DNA from: the human T2T-CHM13v2.0 reference genome, Homo sapiens
Reading direction: 5' to 3' (one strand)
Assembly: GCF_009914755.1 (NCBI RefSeq)
Contig: NC_060927.1
Length of the DNA: 64,000 bases
The notes beneath the pieces are model-generated. The model did not search any database and had not been told where the DNA came from. It saw nothing but the letters and a program-made list of their open reading frames with translations. The number at the start of each line of letters is the position of its first letter. Position 1 is the stretch's first letter. The position numbers and the translations under genes were made by a program. This document shows, piece by piece, positions 38,614 through 51,121 of this stretch.

Positions 38614-39994
38614 CCCTTTCTCGTGCAGCTTTAGGCAGGAAAATTGTTCAGATCTGCCAAAGGTCAGAATGCATTGGCAGGCTTTCCAGCCAAGGATGGA
38701 AGAGTGCTGCTTTCCTATGACAACTTCTGACCTACCAGAAGCTACATGAATTTCTGAGACCCTTTCAAGTAAAGTATTTCCTGTTTCCCTCCCCACCATG
38801 TCCCCCTAAAATAAACATTGGAACAAAATTGACAGCCTGGGAAGACACACAGGCCCACCTTCCCGACATGTGTCCTCTGCACAGACCTCAGTCTCCAGGA
38901 GCCCCATGGAACACAGATGCCCCTGGGGGCTACCCCTTCTGGCCCAGTGCTTCTCAAATGATTTTGCCCCCCAGCAGGGTAACCAGCTCTTAGTCTTTCA
39001 GCACTAAAACCAGGACAGTCCCAGTCATTTCTCTGGTGTGACTGGGGGTGTCTTATGGCTGGCTGGTCCTGCTGGTAGACAAGAGCCTGCTTCTCCTTTT
39101 GGCGCACTTCTATTGCCCAGATGTGGCTTTTACAAAAGCAAGATCCATTTTCTACTGGAATCATTGAAGACTTCATCATGAATCTAGAATAACTTCAGCC
39201 TCAATACATAGAGAATGGGACTGTCAGGGAATGCATCCACACCCAGAATTTATACATCCAGCCAGGTATACAGTCAGGTTGTCCTCCTAGGAGGCCACAG
39301 GCCTGCTCCCCCACAGTTCCCATGGCCAAAAGATGGCTGGAAATGGCCCTCTGGGGCTACTGGCAGAGCCACAGCACACTCGAGAATCACTTTGACAGCA
39401 GTGATTCTGTGGCCTTGGAAAGTAGATACAATGTGTCTGAAAACATCATGAGTCACTCCTGTCCAGTCAGGGACCCAGGGTTGGGTAGGGTGACGACAGG
39501 TTACTTGGAGCCCAAAATGATAAGGGAGGCTTTCTTATAGGGCTCAGAAATTCACTCGAGATAGTTCTCAAAGAAAAGGGCCTAGAGTGTTTTACATCCT
39601 GTTTGCATATTCATTTTTTCTTTATCTTGATATTTACTGTCTGGAATATCCATTTTTTACTCTTCCCCATCCTTGTGCCTTTTCTCATATTGATTATTCC
39701 TCCTGAAATGCCTCCCATCCCTCCCCATTCTTTGTATCTCTGCTGATAGAAATCTTAGCCAGCCCCTAAGGCCCAGCTGAGATGGCAGGTCCCTTACACC
39801 TTCGTGTGCCCTGCAAGATTGGAGCACAGCGACTCATTGTGGCTGAGTGAATGGATGCTGGTGCTGGAATGCTACCTGCATAGTATGAATACATTTTCCC
39901 ATTTTAAAAATAAGCAGTATTCACTCTAGAAAAATTTAGAATGTTCTAGAAAGGAAAAAGGAAAAAGAAAACTTTTTAAAAAGCACTATCCAGG

Positions 39995-40299
39995 GGCAGG
40001 GCGTGGTGACTCACACCTGTAATTCCAACACTTTGGGACACTGAGGCAGCAGGATTGTTTGAGCCCAGGAGTTTGAAACCACCCTGGGCAACATAGTGAG
40101 ACCCCATCTCTATGACAAAAAAATGAAAAATTAGTCAGGTGCGGTGGTGTGCACCTGTAGTCCCAGTTACTCAGAAGTCTGAGGTGGGAGACTCACTTGA
40201 GCCTGGGAGGTTGCGGTTGCAGTGAGCTGTGATCACATCACTCCACTGCAGCCTGGATGACAGAGCAAGACACTATCTCAAAAAAACAAAAACAAAAAA
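39995..40299 (+). mobile_element. AluJ
   Basis: Dimeric Alu; TSD AAAAAGCACT(A/G)TCCAG. Confidence 0.88.
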
Positions 40300-41256
40300 G
40301 CACTGTCCAGATACCTACTATTAACATTTTGCGTATTCACTTCCAGAAATTTTTTATGTATTGTAATTGGGATCATAAAATACCAAAGGTTTTGTAACCT
40401 TTTTTCATGTAATATACAATAACAATACGTACTCTTCTTCATTTTCTATGGTTCCTATTTCCCTGCTAATGAAAAGGTAGGGTGTTTCCGGTTTGGGCTG
40501 TCACACATGGCACTGCAGTAGAGTCCTGGCACATGCTCCACTTGCTCACCTGAGATCCAGTCCTGGCTGGGGAATGGCCTGGTCACGTGGGACACTTGAG
40601 ATACACAGTGTTCAGTGGCCCTCCAGGGCAGCATTGTGGTGCACCCTCCACCCCAAGTTTCTTCAAAATGAAAGCTATTTTACTGCTTTATTTATAATGC
40701 TAAATGAACACTGGAAATTAGAGCAGTACAAAAAATAAGAAAAAATCACCTCAAATCCCAATACCCAGAGCCCAACTGTTAGCGTGGTGAACATTTTCCC
40801 AATACTTTATATACACATCTATACTTGCTGTTTTATAATCTCCTTTTAAACTTTTATTGAGCAATATGTCATGGATGTCTTTCCTGGTCAGTAAATACAG
40901 GTTTGTATTATCGTTTTTTAAATGAGTCTCTAGCAGTTCATCATATGAAGACTCCTACTTTAGTCTGTCCTCTGTTGATGAATTTCCAGGTTTTCTCTTG
41001 GTGGTGGGGGTGAGGAGAGTTGGAATAAACAAGAGTGAAGGGAACACATCTGTACATACATTTTGTACTCATTTGGTTTTTTCTCATGATAAATTTCTAT
41101 AAGAGGAACTGTTGAAATCAGAAAAGAGAGGTGGGTGGATGGTGGATCCGTTTGGTTTGATTCTGTGCAATACAGACGGGACCCCAGGAGCCTTTGCTGA
41201 GCTGTGGTTGAAGGGCATCAAACAGTCTCCTTTTCTAATGACACTCCCTTTTATAG

Positions 41257-41431
41257 ATTGGCCCGGATCCTCGTTCGCCTGCCGGCACTCAGGCTGATGA
41301 GCTCCAACATAACAGAAGAACTTTTTTTTACTGGTCTCATTGGCAATGTTTCGATAGACAGCATAATCCCCTACATCCTCAAGATGGAGACAGCAGAGTA
41401 TAATGGCCAGATCACCGGAGCCAGTCTATAG
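41257..41431 (+). CDS. NR2C2: NR2C2 last coding exon (LARILVRLPALR...IIPYILKMETAEYNGQITGASL*)
   Basis: ttttatag| acceptor, AF-2 region, TAG at 41429-41431. Confidence 0.98.
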
Positions 41432-44400
41432 CGCAAACCACACACCTGCCAAGGAGCAACAGAATCCTTCCAGGACCGTTCACATACAAAGAAAAGTAGT
41501 GGTATTTTGGTATGTGCAAATATTTCCATATGTTAGCCATTTCCTGTCTGGTTTCTCCTTATCTGTTAATCCCAGACAATAGCAATTAAAAGACTAGTAG
41601 GATCCTTTCCTGACATAAGAAATGTTTTAATGCCTTTTGATGAAGCAGCAGATTTTGGAACAATCTTTTAACTCAATTTGTATTTAGAAATTCTCAAAGG
41701 GCAAAAAACAAAAAAAAAGGTTTTATAATGTCAGAGACTAGTATTAAAGAAAACTGAAAGAACCTGAGAGAATAGTATGTGTGTATATATATATATAAAA
41801 AAGTCCTTGGAATTATAGATACTAATTACCAGGGTAATAATATTAGCACTTTCTAAGCACTTATCAATGTGTAACGTTAGCAACATCTTGCCTGTGGGCA
41901 GGGCAAATGGAAAACTGTGTATGTCTTTTGCCGAAATGCTAATGATTTCTGTGAAAACTCACTAGGGTACAGGAGACAATCATTTATGTTTAAGAAAAGA
42001 AGGCATCATTCCTAATTGTGTGCACATGTTGTGGAGTTGAGCTGAATTCTGTGAATGGAAACGTGGCTCATTTGCATCATGCAGTAAGTGGGAGTGTGGT
42101 AGCACAGTCGGTGGTGACCCAGTTCAGAAGCTTCTAGCCATAGAGCAGACACTTGTCAGGTTCCCTGACTACTTGGTCCTGGTCTCTGATGGGCATCTGC
42201 AGACTCCTCTAGAACCTGGGGTTCTCCTTTGATGACTGGTTATCTGAATTGGATTGCAACTAGTCAGACATTAACTGCCAAATGAGATGTACAGTTCCTC
42301 CAGCAAGTGAAAACATCCCCAAGTCACATCCGCCGCTCGTGGCAGATGGAGCCTTGTGACCAAAAAGTGCAAGGTGGGCATTTTGAGCTCTTGACAGTAC
42401 TTCCAATACAATTGGGGGTGCTTGTGTGTTTGTCCAGATGGAGGAGTGTGGCCTTGGAGTGTGAGCGTTACCTTCCCAGGGCTTTCCACTCCAAATGCCC
42501 CCTTGAAAAGGGCTCGTGTTTCTGCAGCTCCATCATAACTGTGAGGCTGGATTGGGGCTGGGCAGGAGCCTGCTGCCGCCTGGCGAGAGTGGTTAGGGCC
42601 TGGTAAAGCTGGATGGAAGGTTTCAGGACAATTTCTTCCTGTTGACCTTAAATACCAGAGATTTTAAAAATGTGTATAGACTCAGCATCTCTGTTGGCAA
42701 GTCTGTTAATGTTACCAGCACACTGTGCACTTTGGTTCCCCCAGGTGTGTGCCAGCCGACCACCCCGGAGCATTTTAAATGCAGGCTGCTTGCTCCTTAA
42801 AAACAACCCTCAATTTCCAGGGTGATAGTCTTTCTCCTCATAAATTGTAGCAACCAGAGTTTACAGCAAGAACAGTATGCGCTTAAAAGGAAGTTATGTC
42901 TAACTTCAAACACCCGTAAATTCCCACGGATGTGAATATATAGCAAGCTTTTCCTGTTTGAGAACAGTGGCATGTGGAAGACCCGGTCAATTGCTTTGTC
43001 TTTTGCTTTTTAAATAGTCCAGATTAAGAAAATACACCCTGTTGGGTTAAATTTGCCTCTCTTGATTTGTTAATCAGATGATATCCAAAAAGATCCCTGG
43101 ACACTCCCCTGACTCACAGGTGCTCTGATCTGGCTCAGGCTGGCGCCACATGTGCTCCACAGGGGTGCAGTCTGGCCAGCTACAGACGCCCCTGTGGTGC
43201 CACATTGGACAGAATGGAAGCTGCTGCAGGCTCAAGGCAGAACAGGATGCTTGATCCTGAAGGGTTAGCAGCACTTTACGCAAGTCAGTGTTAGTAGGGT
43301 AAGTGGGAACAGTGTTTCCAACTTCTAAATTCTTGTTTGGATTTAATTATATCATTTTATAATTCTTGCCTTGGCAGCAAATTTTGGAGAGTAGTGGGAG
43401 TGGCCATTATAAAATGATGGAAAGGATTTAATTTTGCCAGCTTAAAGTAATTTTTACTTTTCTAACCCTGATGTGTTTTCAGTTTCAAAATTAAGACAAA
43501 AAACCAGCTGAGACAATGGAATTAGGGCAGGTTTGTTTCATTTCTGCTTGTGAAGGCTTTTAGTAGCAGGCATCCTGCAGCTCAGTGGTGCCTCTAACAC
43601 AGATTGTTGCCTGCCTTCCGTCGTTTTGATCCTTGAGAGTGACCATGAGGGCCATGTTGCAGTTCCCTGGGAATACAAGCATAACAGCTTTCAGATCCCA
43701 GTTCTTGGTGTTGGTGAAAAGGTCTCCACCAGCCCCTCCTCTCATTCCCAGGTCATTCAGTGGCAGCCAGTAGGCTGCTTAGACTCAGGCTGGATAAGGA
43801 AGTGTTGGGCTGTGGTGAAACAACCTTGCAGAAAACGTGATTTTGCTTGGAAAGGTGCTGATTCTAACCTGGTCCTGCTCTTTAAGTCCCCTTGCTGGTG
43901 ATGGCTGATTCCAGGGACTGTTTTGGGCTTTGAACACCTCTTGGTTGGTTTCTGAGATCCTCTTGGCCTTACTTTGAAGTGGCCTTTTCTTTAAGGATCA
44001 TGTCCACGTAACCTGTATTCTTGCTGCTTTAACTCATTTCAAGCCTCTGACTGCAGGTCCATTTCATCTCCTGTCAGGTTGGTTAAGTAAAGTCAGCCCA
44101 AAGTCAAGAATTACTTAAAGAGATGCAAACCAAATATTTGGGCTCCAACTTTCACAGGGCTTATAGCCCTTATTAGCAGTTTGTGAAACTTTGGGTTTCA
44201 TGAAGTGAGACCTGTCCTCTGGCTACTGAACTCCATGGAGCCACGTTCATGCTCCCTCTTCTACTGGCCTGGCTGCTCCTCCCTCAATGAGGAGAGGCAG
44301 CTGGCTCAGAGAGGTGGGACAGACACATGCTGTCATCAGTTAAGTGAGCTCTTTTCCAGAAGTATCTCAGATAATGTTGGGTTAAGACAGATAGATGTTG

Positions 44401-47400
44401 AAAATGGTGGAGATCATTACACATTAGCATAAAACAGGACAGGAAGAGATTTTTTGAAAGACCAAATTAGTTGAGCAAGTAATACTTTTCAAGTTACTCC
44501 TGGAAGGTGTTTTTAAGGAAGTGTGTTACCTACCATACTCTCCTAATTTGACATTTCTGTGTCCTGAGGAGTTACATTTATTGTCTAACCCTTGCCATAA
44601 GGCTGTGGTTTGAGGTTCTTTTGCTGTTCTGGGCTTTATATTTAATTTCAGGTGTAGTCACTTCTAAGATGTGTAATTGCCCTCAAGAGGGACTGATTTT
44701 TAGCTTGTCATTGTCAGTATTGAATGTGGACTCTTCTGAGGCAGTTAGGACACCAGCCATGGTGTTAACAGTGGATGCGTTAGGCTCCTTAATCTCAAGG
44801 CAATATCCACGCTACACACATACTTATTAGCTGTCTTACTTGTTTGGGGGATAGTTACGGCAAGGAGCAAAAAATTCTAAGGACTCTAGCTGTTTCTAGT
44901 GCTTTTACTTTCATAGTCCTTTGAGGACATTTCCTGCAGAGCACTCTTGCTCACAGCCCGCCCTCTGCAGGGCTTCCAGCCCCTGGCCGCAATCAGCAGT
45001 TCATGCCACATGTGTACATCCATGTTCTGGGACCTGATCTCATTGGAGTCCAGAAGCTTGTTGCCCACTTTCCAGTGTAAATGACTTTATGTGCAATGGG
45101 GTCATAGGTAACATTTTAACTCTTTTCTTAGTCCAGGTCATAGGAAGTCTCATCATCTGACAGCCACTTTTCTCCCAGGGAAGGCGGTGCCCACTGGGCC
45201 CTGGGAATGCCTGAGCCAGCAGAGCAGATGCCCCACGTGCTTCCTTTATCCAGCTTCCATTCTCTCAGTTATGAGGCTCTTTGAAAATGTCTTAACTTTG
45301 ATGTAAATTTTTAAAGCCAACCCCTCATCAAGACAGGGTTGGTTTGGGTCTTTTGTACACAGGGTCTGGACCTTCTCATTGTGTGCCTCCCACCAGCGTG
45401 CACTTCGTATGTCCAGCCCTGGGTCCCTTCAGCAGCATTGTGCGTGTACAGGTTTCTAGGCTGTAAGACTGAATGAATGTACATGTGTTTATATCCTCTC
45501 CATATGTACAGTGTATATAGTGTGTGTATGTGTACATAGATGTATATTATGTATACAGACATGTATCCAAACTTTCCTTTAAAGAGAGTTTTTCATAAAG
45601 TTGCTAATGTAAACTGATATGGGTGTTCCAAGGTCCCTCGGCAGGGAAGATTTGCTGGTGATTTTCTTCACTCCATTTTCCTTTGGGTGAGCCTGCCTGG
45701 GAAGGGCCATGAAGTCAGAATCTCCACTCTGCAAAAGGAAGAATTCCAGGCAGAAGAGGTTCTGACAGGGTGACATTTCCGTATATTCTCTAGGTTCGGA
45801 CAAGAGCCAGGAAGCTGGAAGACAGTTTATCTTAATATCCAAAACTAAGTGGGAATTTTTAACCTTTTCATGCACCTATTCATGGCCCTACCTGGAAGGA
45901 ACTTGGCAGTTGGGTTGAGCCATCAGCCTTCCCAGCTATTCAGCTCTGTTGAGTAGCCCAGAGACAGGCGTCACGGTCAGAGATTCAGAACGGTCTGTGT
46001 CAGTGAGGCCTGACTCCCAAAGATGGTAGCAATTTCCCAGGCTTGCGCTGTGCTCAGTCAGCAAGATGTGGGGCACTGTCCTATGACTGAATAAATAGTA
46101 ATTCCCATCTTTCTATCGCCAGTTAAAAATAAACAACCTACCAAGTATTATTCTTTAAAACTAAGCATGGATGTTGATGGCTAACTTCTGCGGCATATAA
46201 GCTACAGATCTCAAGTTACTTCTCTAACTGTAAGCATGTAAATGACTTTAACTCCTTTCTATAAGTTATGATTTTAAATTTTCAGATAAGAATTGCATTT
46301 TAATATGGATATGTGTGCCCTTAAAAGCTACAGATACCAAATTTTCCTCGTCCAGGTCTACTCGGACGAATTTTCCCCCTTAATCTGGCCTTAAACTGAG
46401 ACTCGGCCCTTGAGAGCCAGGGCCTGGCCCAGCAGTAGTTGCTCATAGACCTGGGAAGCAGGGGCCTGCTGGAAGGAATCACTAGATTGCTGCAAAAACT
46501 CACATAATCCACAGTTTCCTCTTTTTCTTTTTAAAATAAGTTATCAAAATGTTTTAAAAACACTTTATGAGACCATAGTACTCAGTGCCTTTTGTGAGAC
46601 AGTGGGTCATTTAGCCTTCAGCTTCCCTGTTTTTGATGTAGAGAAAGCTTCTATTTCACTGGCCTCATCCCACAAGATTGTGCGACCTTTCCCCGTCATA
46701 GCCTGTCGTGACAATCACGCTATTGAAAGTGGCTTTCTAGTTAAAATGCAATTGGAAACTTGACAGTCTCTAAATGAATTAAAAGTTTCCTTTGGGGCTA
46801 TTTAGCTTAACAGCAGTCTACAAATAATTAAAGTGTGAGCTTAAGAAAAGTATCTTTGCGGGGAGAAAAATGTCAGATATTTTTAATGCCCAGCTATAAA
46901 TAATTTTGGTGTCTTGATATTTATACATGCAAAATAGAAAAAAAATGTTCAACATTTATTGATTGATAGACTGTTAAAATTTAATGTTTGGAATAACATT
47001 TGGAAGTAGTAGACTTTGCATTAAAAAATGGCTTTTCTTTAGGAAAGTATAATCAATTATTTTAATGACCATAGCATTCATGGACTCAAATGCTGCTGCC
47101 ACACACAACTCAAGTGCTGGAATATTTTTCTACAGTCTCTCTGTTCTACGGATTATCTTGTAAACCAGTGTTCAACTAGTTTTATAACTGAAAAGCTGCA
47201 CATTTTTCACAGTACAAGCCGTAGTTTTTACCTGTAGTTTGGACTTCTCTGTTAGAATGTAACTGCATTACCAGCCCTTTTAAAGGCATCTATCTATCAA
47301 AGGAAAATTTGGGTGTTAGATTTTCTTGGGACCGTTTCTGTAACCTTTGCCCTTCACAATATAGAAAATATTGGTTTTGCCATTACATTTTAATGCCAGG

Positions 47401-47630
47401 TTTAAAACCTGTTGAAAGCTGCAGCTTTATACAGCTTTCTTCTCCCTGTGAAATCACTTTGTTTATGTGATGGCATTTAAAAAATAGCATGTTCTTTTTA
47501 AACTGAATTTTATATCTAATCAATGTCTTCAGTCTTGAAGAAGAATTTGCATTGTTGTGTTTGTATATAGAGTATTGCAGTGCATGAATTAGCTTTATGC
47601 ATTTTATTAAATGCTGTTTCAATGTGGCAT
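41432..47630 (+). other. NR2C2: NR2C2 long 3' UTR (~6.2 kb)
   Basis: Unique, Alu-free sequence from the stop codon to ATTAAA at 47606 and a GU-rich downstream tract. The 3' end is inferred. Confidence 0.75.
46882..46960 (-). terminator. MRPS25: Candidate distal poly(A) signals of MRPS25 (AATAAA 46960-46955, ATTAAA 46887-46882)
   Basis: Hexamers on the minus strand followed by U-rich tracts; would give a ~3.9-kb 3' UTR. Confidence 0.55.
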
Positions 47631-47641
47631 TATTGTTGTGG
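47606..47641 (+). terminator. NR2C2: NR2C2 distal poly(A) signal ATTAAA, likely cleavage near 47629, GU-rich downstream element
   Basis: TGTA at 47562, ATTAAA 47606-47611, CA at 47628-47629, TTATTGTTGTGG at 47630-47641. Confidence 0.7.
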
Positions 47642-48197
47642 CTTAATACTACTACCTAAATGAGGTTTATACTATTAAAAGTGAATTAAAGACTAACATG
47701 CATCCTGCTCTTCATTTTTCTTCATGATAGTAGTAATGCCTGGCCCCCAAACAATGCAGCGCTCTCTTGTGTTATGGACATGAAGCATCCTGGTGGTCCT
47801 GTCTCTACAGCTCTCTGGCTCCTACCTTAGCCTTAGCGGCCAAGAGGGATTGGGCCCTCTGTGGTCCACTGGACTTATTAATACCTTTAGTGGGAAACCC
47901 TGGCAGGACAGTCTTTACATCCACCCAGCAAGGCAGCTCCTTGGTGTGGAGGTAGGGAAGCCACACACATGTTTCTGGAGCAGAGCACAGTTAGGCTGCT
48001 GGAACATTCAGATGCCATTACAGACAGGCCTTAAATTGGCAAGCTTATTCTCTAAGGATACGTGCTATCAAGGGCAAAAACAAGCTCCAAAAGTTTCAGA
48101 AGTTAGAACATATTCATTATGTCATCTGACCTCTCATGTTCCAGGTGAAAATTCTGAGGTCCAAAGTCTGATGCATGACAGAACTCACTGGCAGGCA

Positions 48198-48320
48198 GAT
48201 AGGGCCTCACTCCGTCACCCAGGCTGGAATGCAGTGGTACAGTCATGGCTCACTCCAGCCTCAACCTCCTGGGCTCAAGTGATCCTCCTGCCTCAGCCTC
48301 CTGAGTAACTGGGACCACAG
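48198..48320 (-). mobile_element. Alu right-arm fragment in the MRPS25 long 3' UTR
   Basis: Partial Alu consensus. Confidence 0.8.
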
Positions 48321-49615
48321 CAGATGATACAGGTTTAGATGGTGCTGCCAGGTAGTGCCTCAAAGAGAAGAAAAGTGGTCACTTCAGAATAAGGCTGTGA
48401 ACACTGCTTGTGCAAGTAAAATTAAGAACATGTTATCAATTATAAAATCCTCACATTTTCTCTAATTAATTTTCTCCCATTTCTGTATATTTTAAACCCA
48501 TCTTTCATCACTACTAAACAAAATAGGGAAAGACAAAGGTTTAAAGAGAAACTATCCAGGATCAAGTAGCCTACAGGGAACAAAAAAAGAAAATAATGTT
48601 TATTTCCACAAATTATCTGCTGCCTGTGAAGCTGGCCACACAGGCAGTAACTGCACCACAGGACTGCTGCTGTCTCCACACGTCCTTTCAGGGTCTGGGC
48701 TGTCCACCTCACTGCCCATTGCTCCTGTGTCAAGCCTGAACTCAAACCCTAGTTATCTGTCCCATTAGGGACCAGACATTTATTCTGTCTAGAGAATGGT
48801 CACCACTCCTTTTGGTTCAGGACATTCCTGCTGGTTAGCAGCCTCTTTGGGCCCTAGAGGGAAGGAATACTCTCATAAGGCTTTGTGTGTCACTAGCTAT
48901 GGAGACCTACACTGCAGATGAAAGCCAAAAGGAACTAGGTGCTTTCTGAAGAGCCCTTGCAGCCAAGTAGAACGCCCAGGCAGGTGGTATCAAGGTCAAG
49001 ACTTCAGTCAGTTGGGTGGGGAACTGAAACCAGCAGACATGGGAGGGCTCTCTGTGGAGGAGAGCTTTTTCCACCCAGCCAAAATGCTGATAGCAGAGAG
49101 ACAAGATGCTAGATTTCAATTAAACACTCCCTTTGTAAGTCTGTCACTCAAGGAACACCTGTCCATTATACATCAGTCTCTGCCCACCTTCCCCTCCCAC
49201 CCCCGACAAGCCATCACCCCAAACCCAGATCTGGTACAGAATCAAACTTGAGCATCAAATGTAAAAGATCCAAATCTGCTCAATTTAATGTGATAATCTC
49301 CAACAGTTAATGAAACACATCGTAGTATGACATCATTTCACCAGCCAGCTACTTCATGTGGCAGAAAAGGTAACCTTTTCCCCATTTTACAGACAAAACC
49401 AGTTACAGACCTGGAAAGCTTTTAGGACTTGACCAAGGCCCCAGCAGGTAGAGGAATGAAAACTTCAGTCCTGCTCTGTCAAGCACCACTGTCCTTTTTT
49501 AATTCTTTTAACCACTGCCTTCCTGTCTCAGATAAAGTCAGGTCTCCTTGGCTGAGTTTCTAGGGGTCCGTGGTCCAACTGGTCCTTCACTTTATAATTA
49601 AACTTATTTAAAAAA

Positions 49616-49908
49616 TTTTTTTTCTTGAGACAGTCTTGCTCTGTGGCCCAGGCTGGAGTGCAGTAGCGCACGATCATGATTCACTGCAGCCTTGATCTCG
49701 CAGGCTCGAGATCCTCCCACCTCAGCTTCCCAAATAGCTGGGACTACAGACGCGAAACACCACACCCATCTAATTTTTGTACTTTTTGTAGAGACAAGGT
49801 CTTGCCATGTTGCCCAGGCTGGTCTCGAACTCCTGGGCTCAACTATCCGCCCACATCAGCCTCCCAAAGTGCTGGGATTACAGGCATGAGCCACCACACC
49901 CAGCCTAG
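49616..49908 (-). mobile_element. AluJ in the MRPS25 long 3' UTR
   Basis: Dimeric Alu. Confidence 0.88.
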
Positions 49909-50646
49909 CTAAACCTATTCTTAAGGTGACCCTAGAAGGCTCTGCTGTCTTCTGGAGGCTGAAACCTCCACTTTAGCATAACTAAAGTGACAGTAACATC
50001 AGTGTCCTATGAGGAAAGAACAAGGAAGGTGCTCAGTAATGCAGCACTCCCTCCTCCAGAGCTTGGTAAGCAGGGCCTGAGGGAGCCAGCAGAGCCAGCT
50101 ATAGACACCATCCCCCCAGCAGGGCCCCAATGTCTCCACTAGGTGGTGTCTCCTCATTTCCTCCATGGCCTACAAACCTCCCTGCTAATGCACACAGTGG
50201 CTGGGCCATGGGTTGGCAGTGGCTGACTGGTCAGCAGGTACGTGCCTGAGTGAGGCTGGCCTGTCAGCCACTGGGGCTCCTCCATCTCTGGCCCATGGCT
50301 AGGCCCCCCAGCAGGCAAGGGTAATCAACTGTACTTAAAAAAGTGAGCACTGCACGAAGGGTTGCCTTTGGATTTCTGAAAAATACCCCCAAGGAACTGA
50401 ACGGAGGGGTGTACACACTGCCAACCACAGACAGTGCTAGCCAGACTCAACCACAGCAGCCCTTATGTTCTCCAGAGTAGAGCCCAGAGGAAGATTCAAA
50501 GCCAGCGGAGACCAGTAAAGGGTCGCAGGACCAAAACAGGTGTCAACAGGCTGTGGCCTTAACCTCTCAGGCCCAAAGCCTTTCTGCTACACAGGCCTTC
50601 CTCTTCACTAGGACCAGATACACGCCAAGCTGCTATTAGGAAGCGT

Positions 50647-50652
50647 TTTATT
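50647..50652 (-). terminator. MRPS25: Candidate proximal poly(A) signal AATAAA of MRPS25
   Basis: TTTATT on +, ~210 nt after the MRPS25 stop codon. Confidence 0.55.
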
Positions 50653-50863
50653 GACCAGCAGAGCAGGGATATTCATTTAGCAGCTCAGCTTCAGACCCTC
50701 CTCTCCCACATCCTTTTACACAGGTGTGTAAAGTCCTTTTAATGCAAAAGGATTTCCAGAGTCTCCAGGGACAGAACCAGGGGCTTCCCTGGGCCAAAGT
50801 AATCCCATTCCAATCTCCCCACTGGTCAGACACCATCACCCCAGCCCACAGTGACCGTGGGCC

Positions 50864-51121
<258 letters not shown>

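Noticed and set aside
47793-48308. 171-aa + strand ORF just beyond the NR2C2 3' end
   Set aside because: Non-ATG start, no recognisable domain, ends in Alu sequence and is antisense to the MRPS25 UTR.
48198-49908. Possible inverted-Alu hairpin in the MRPS25 3' UTR
   Set aside because: Both Alus have the same orientation.
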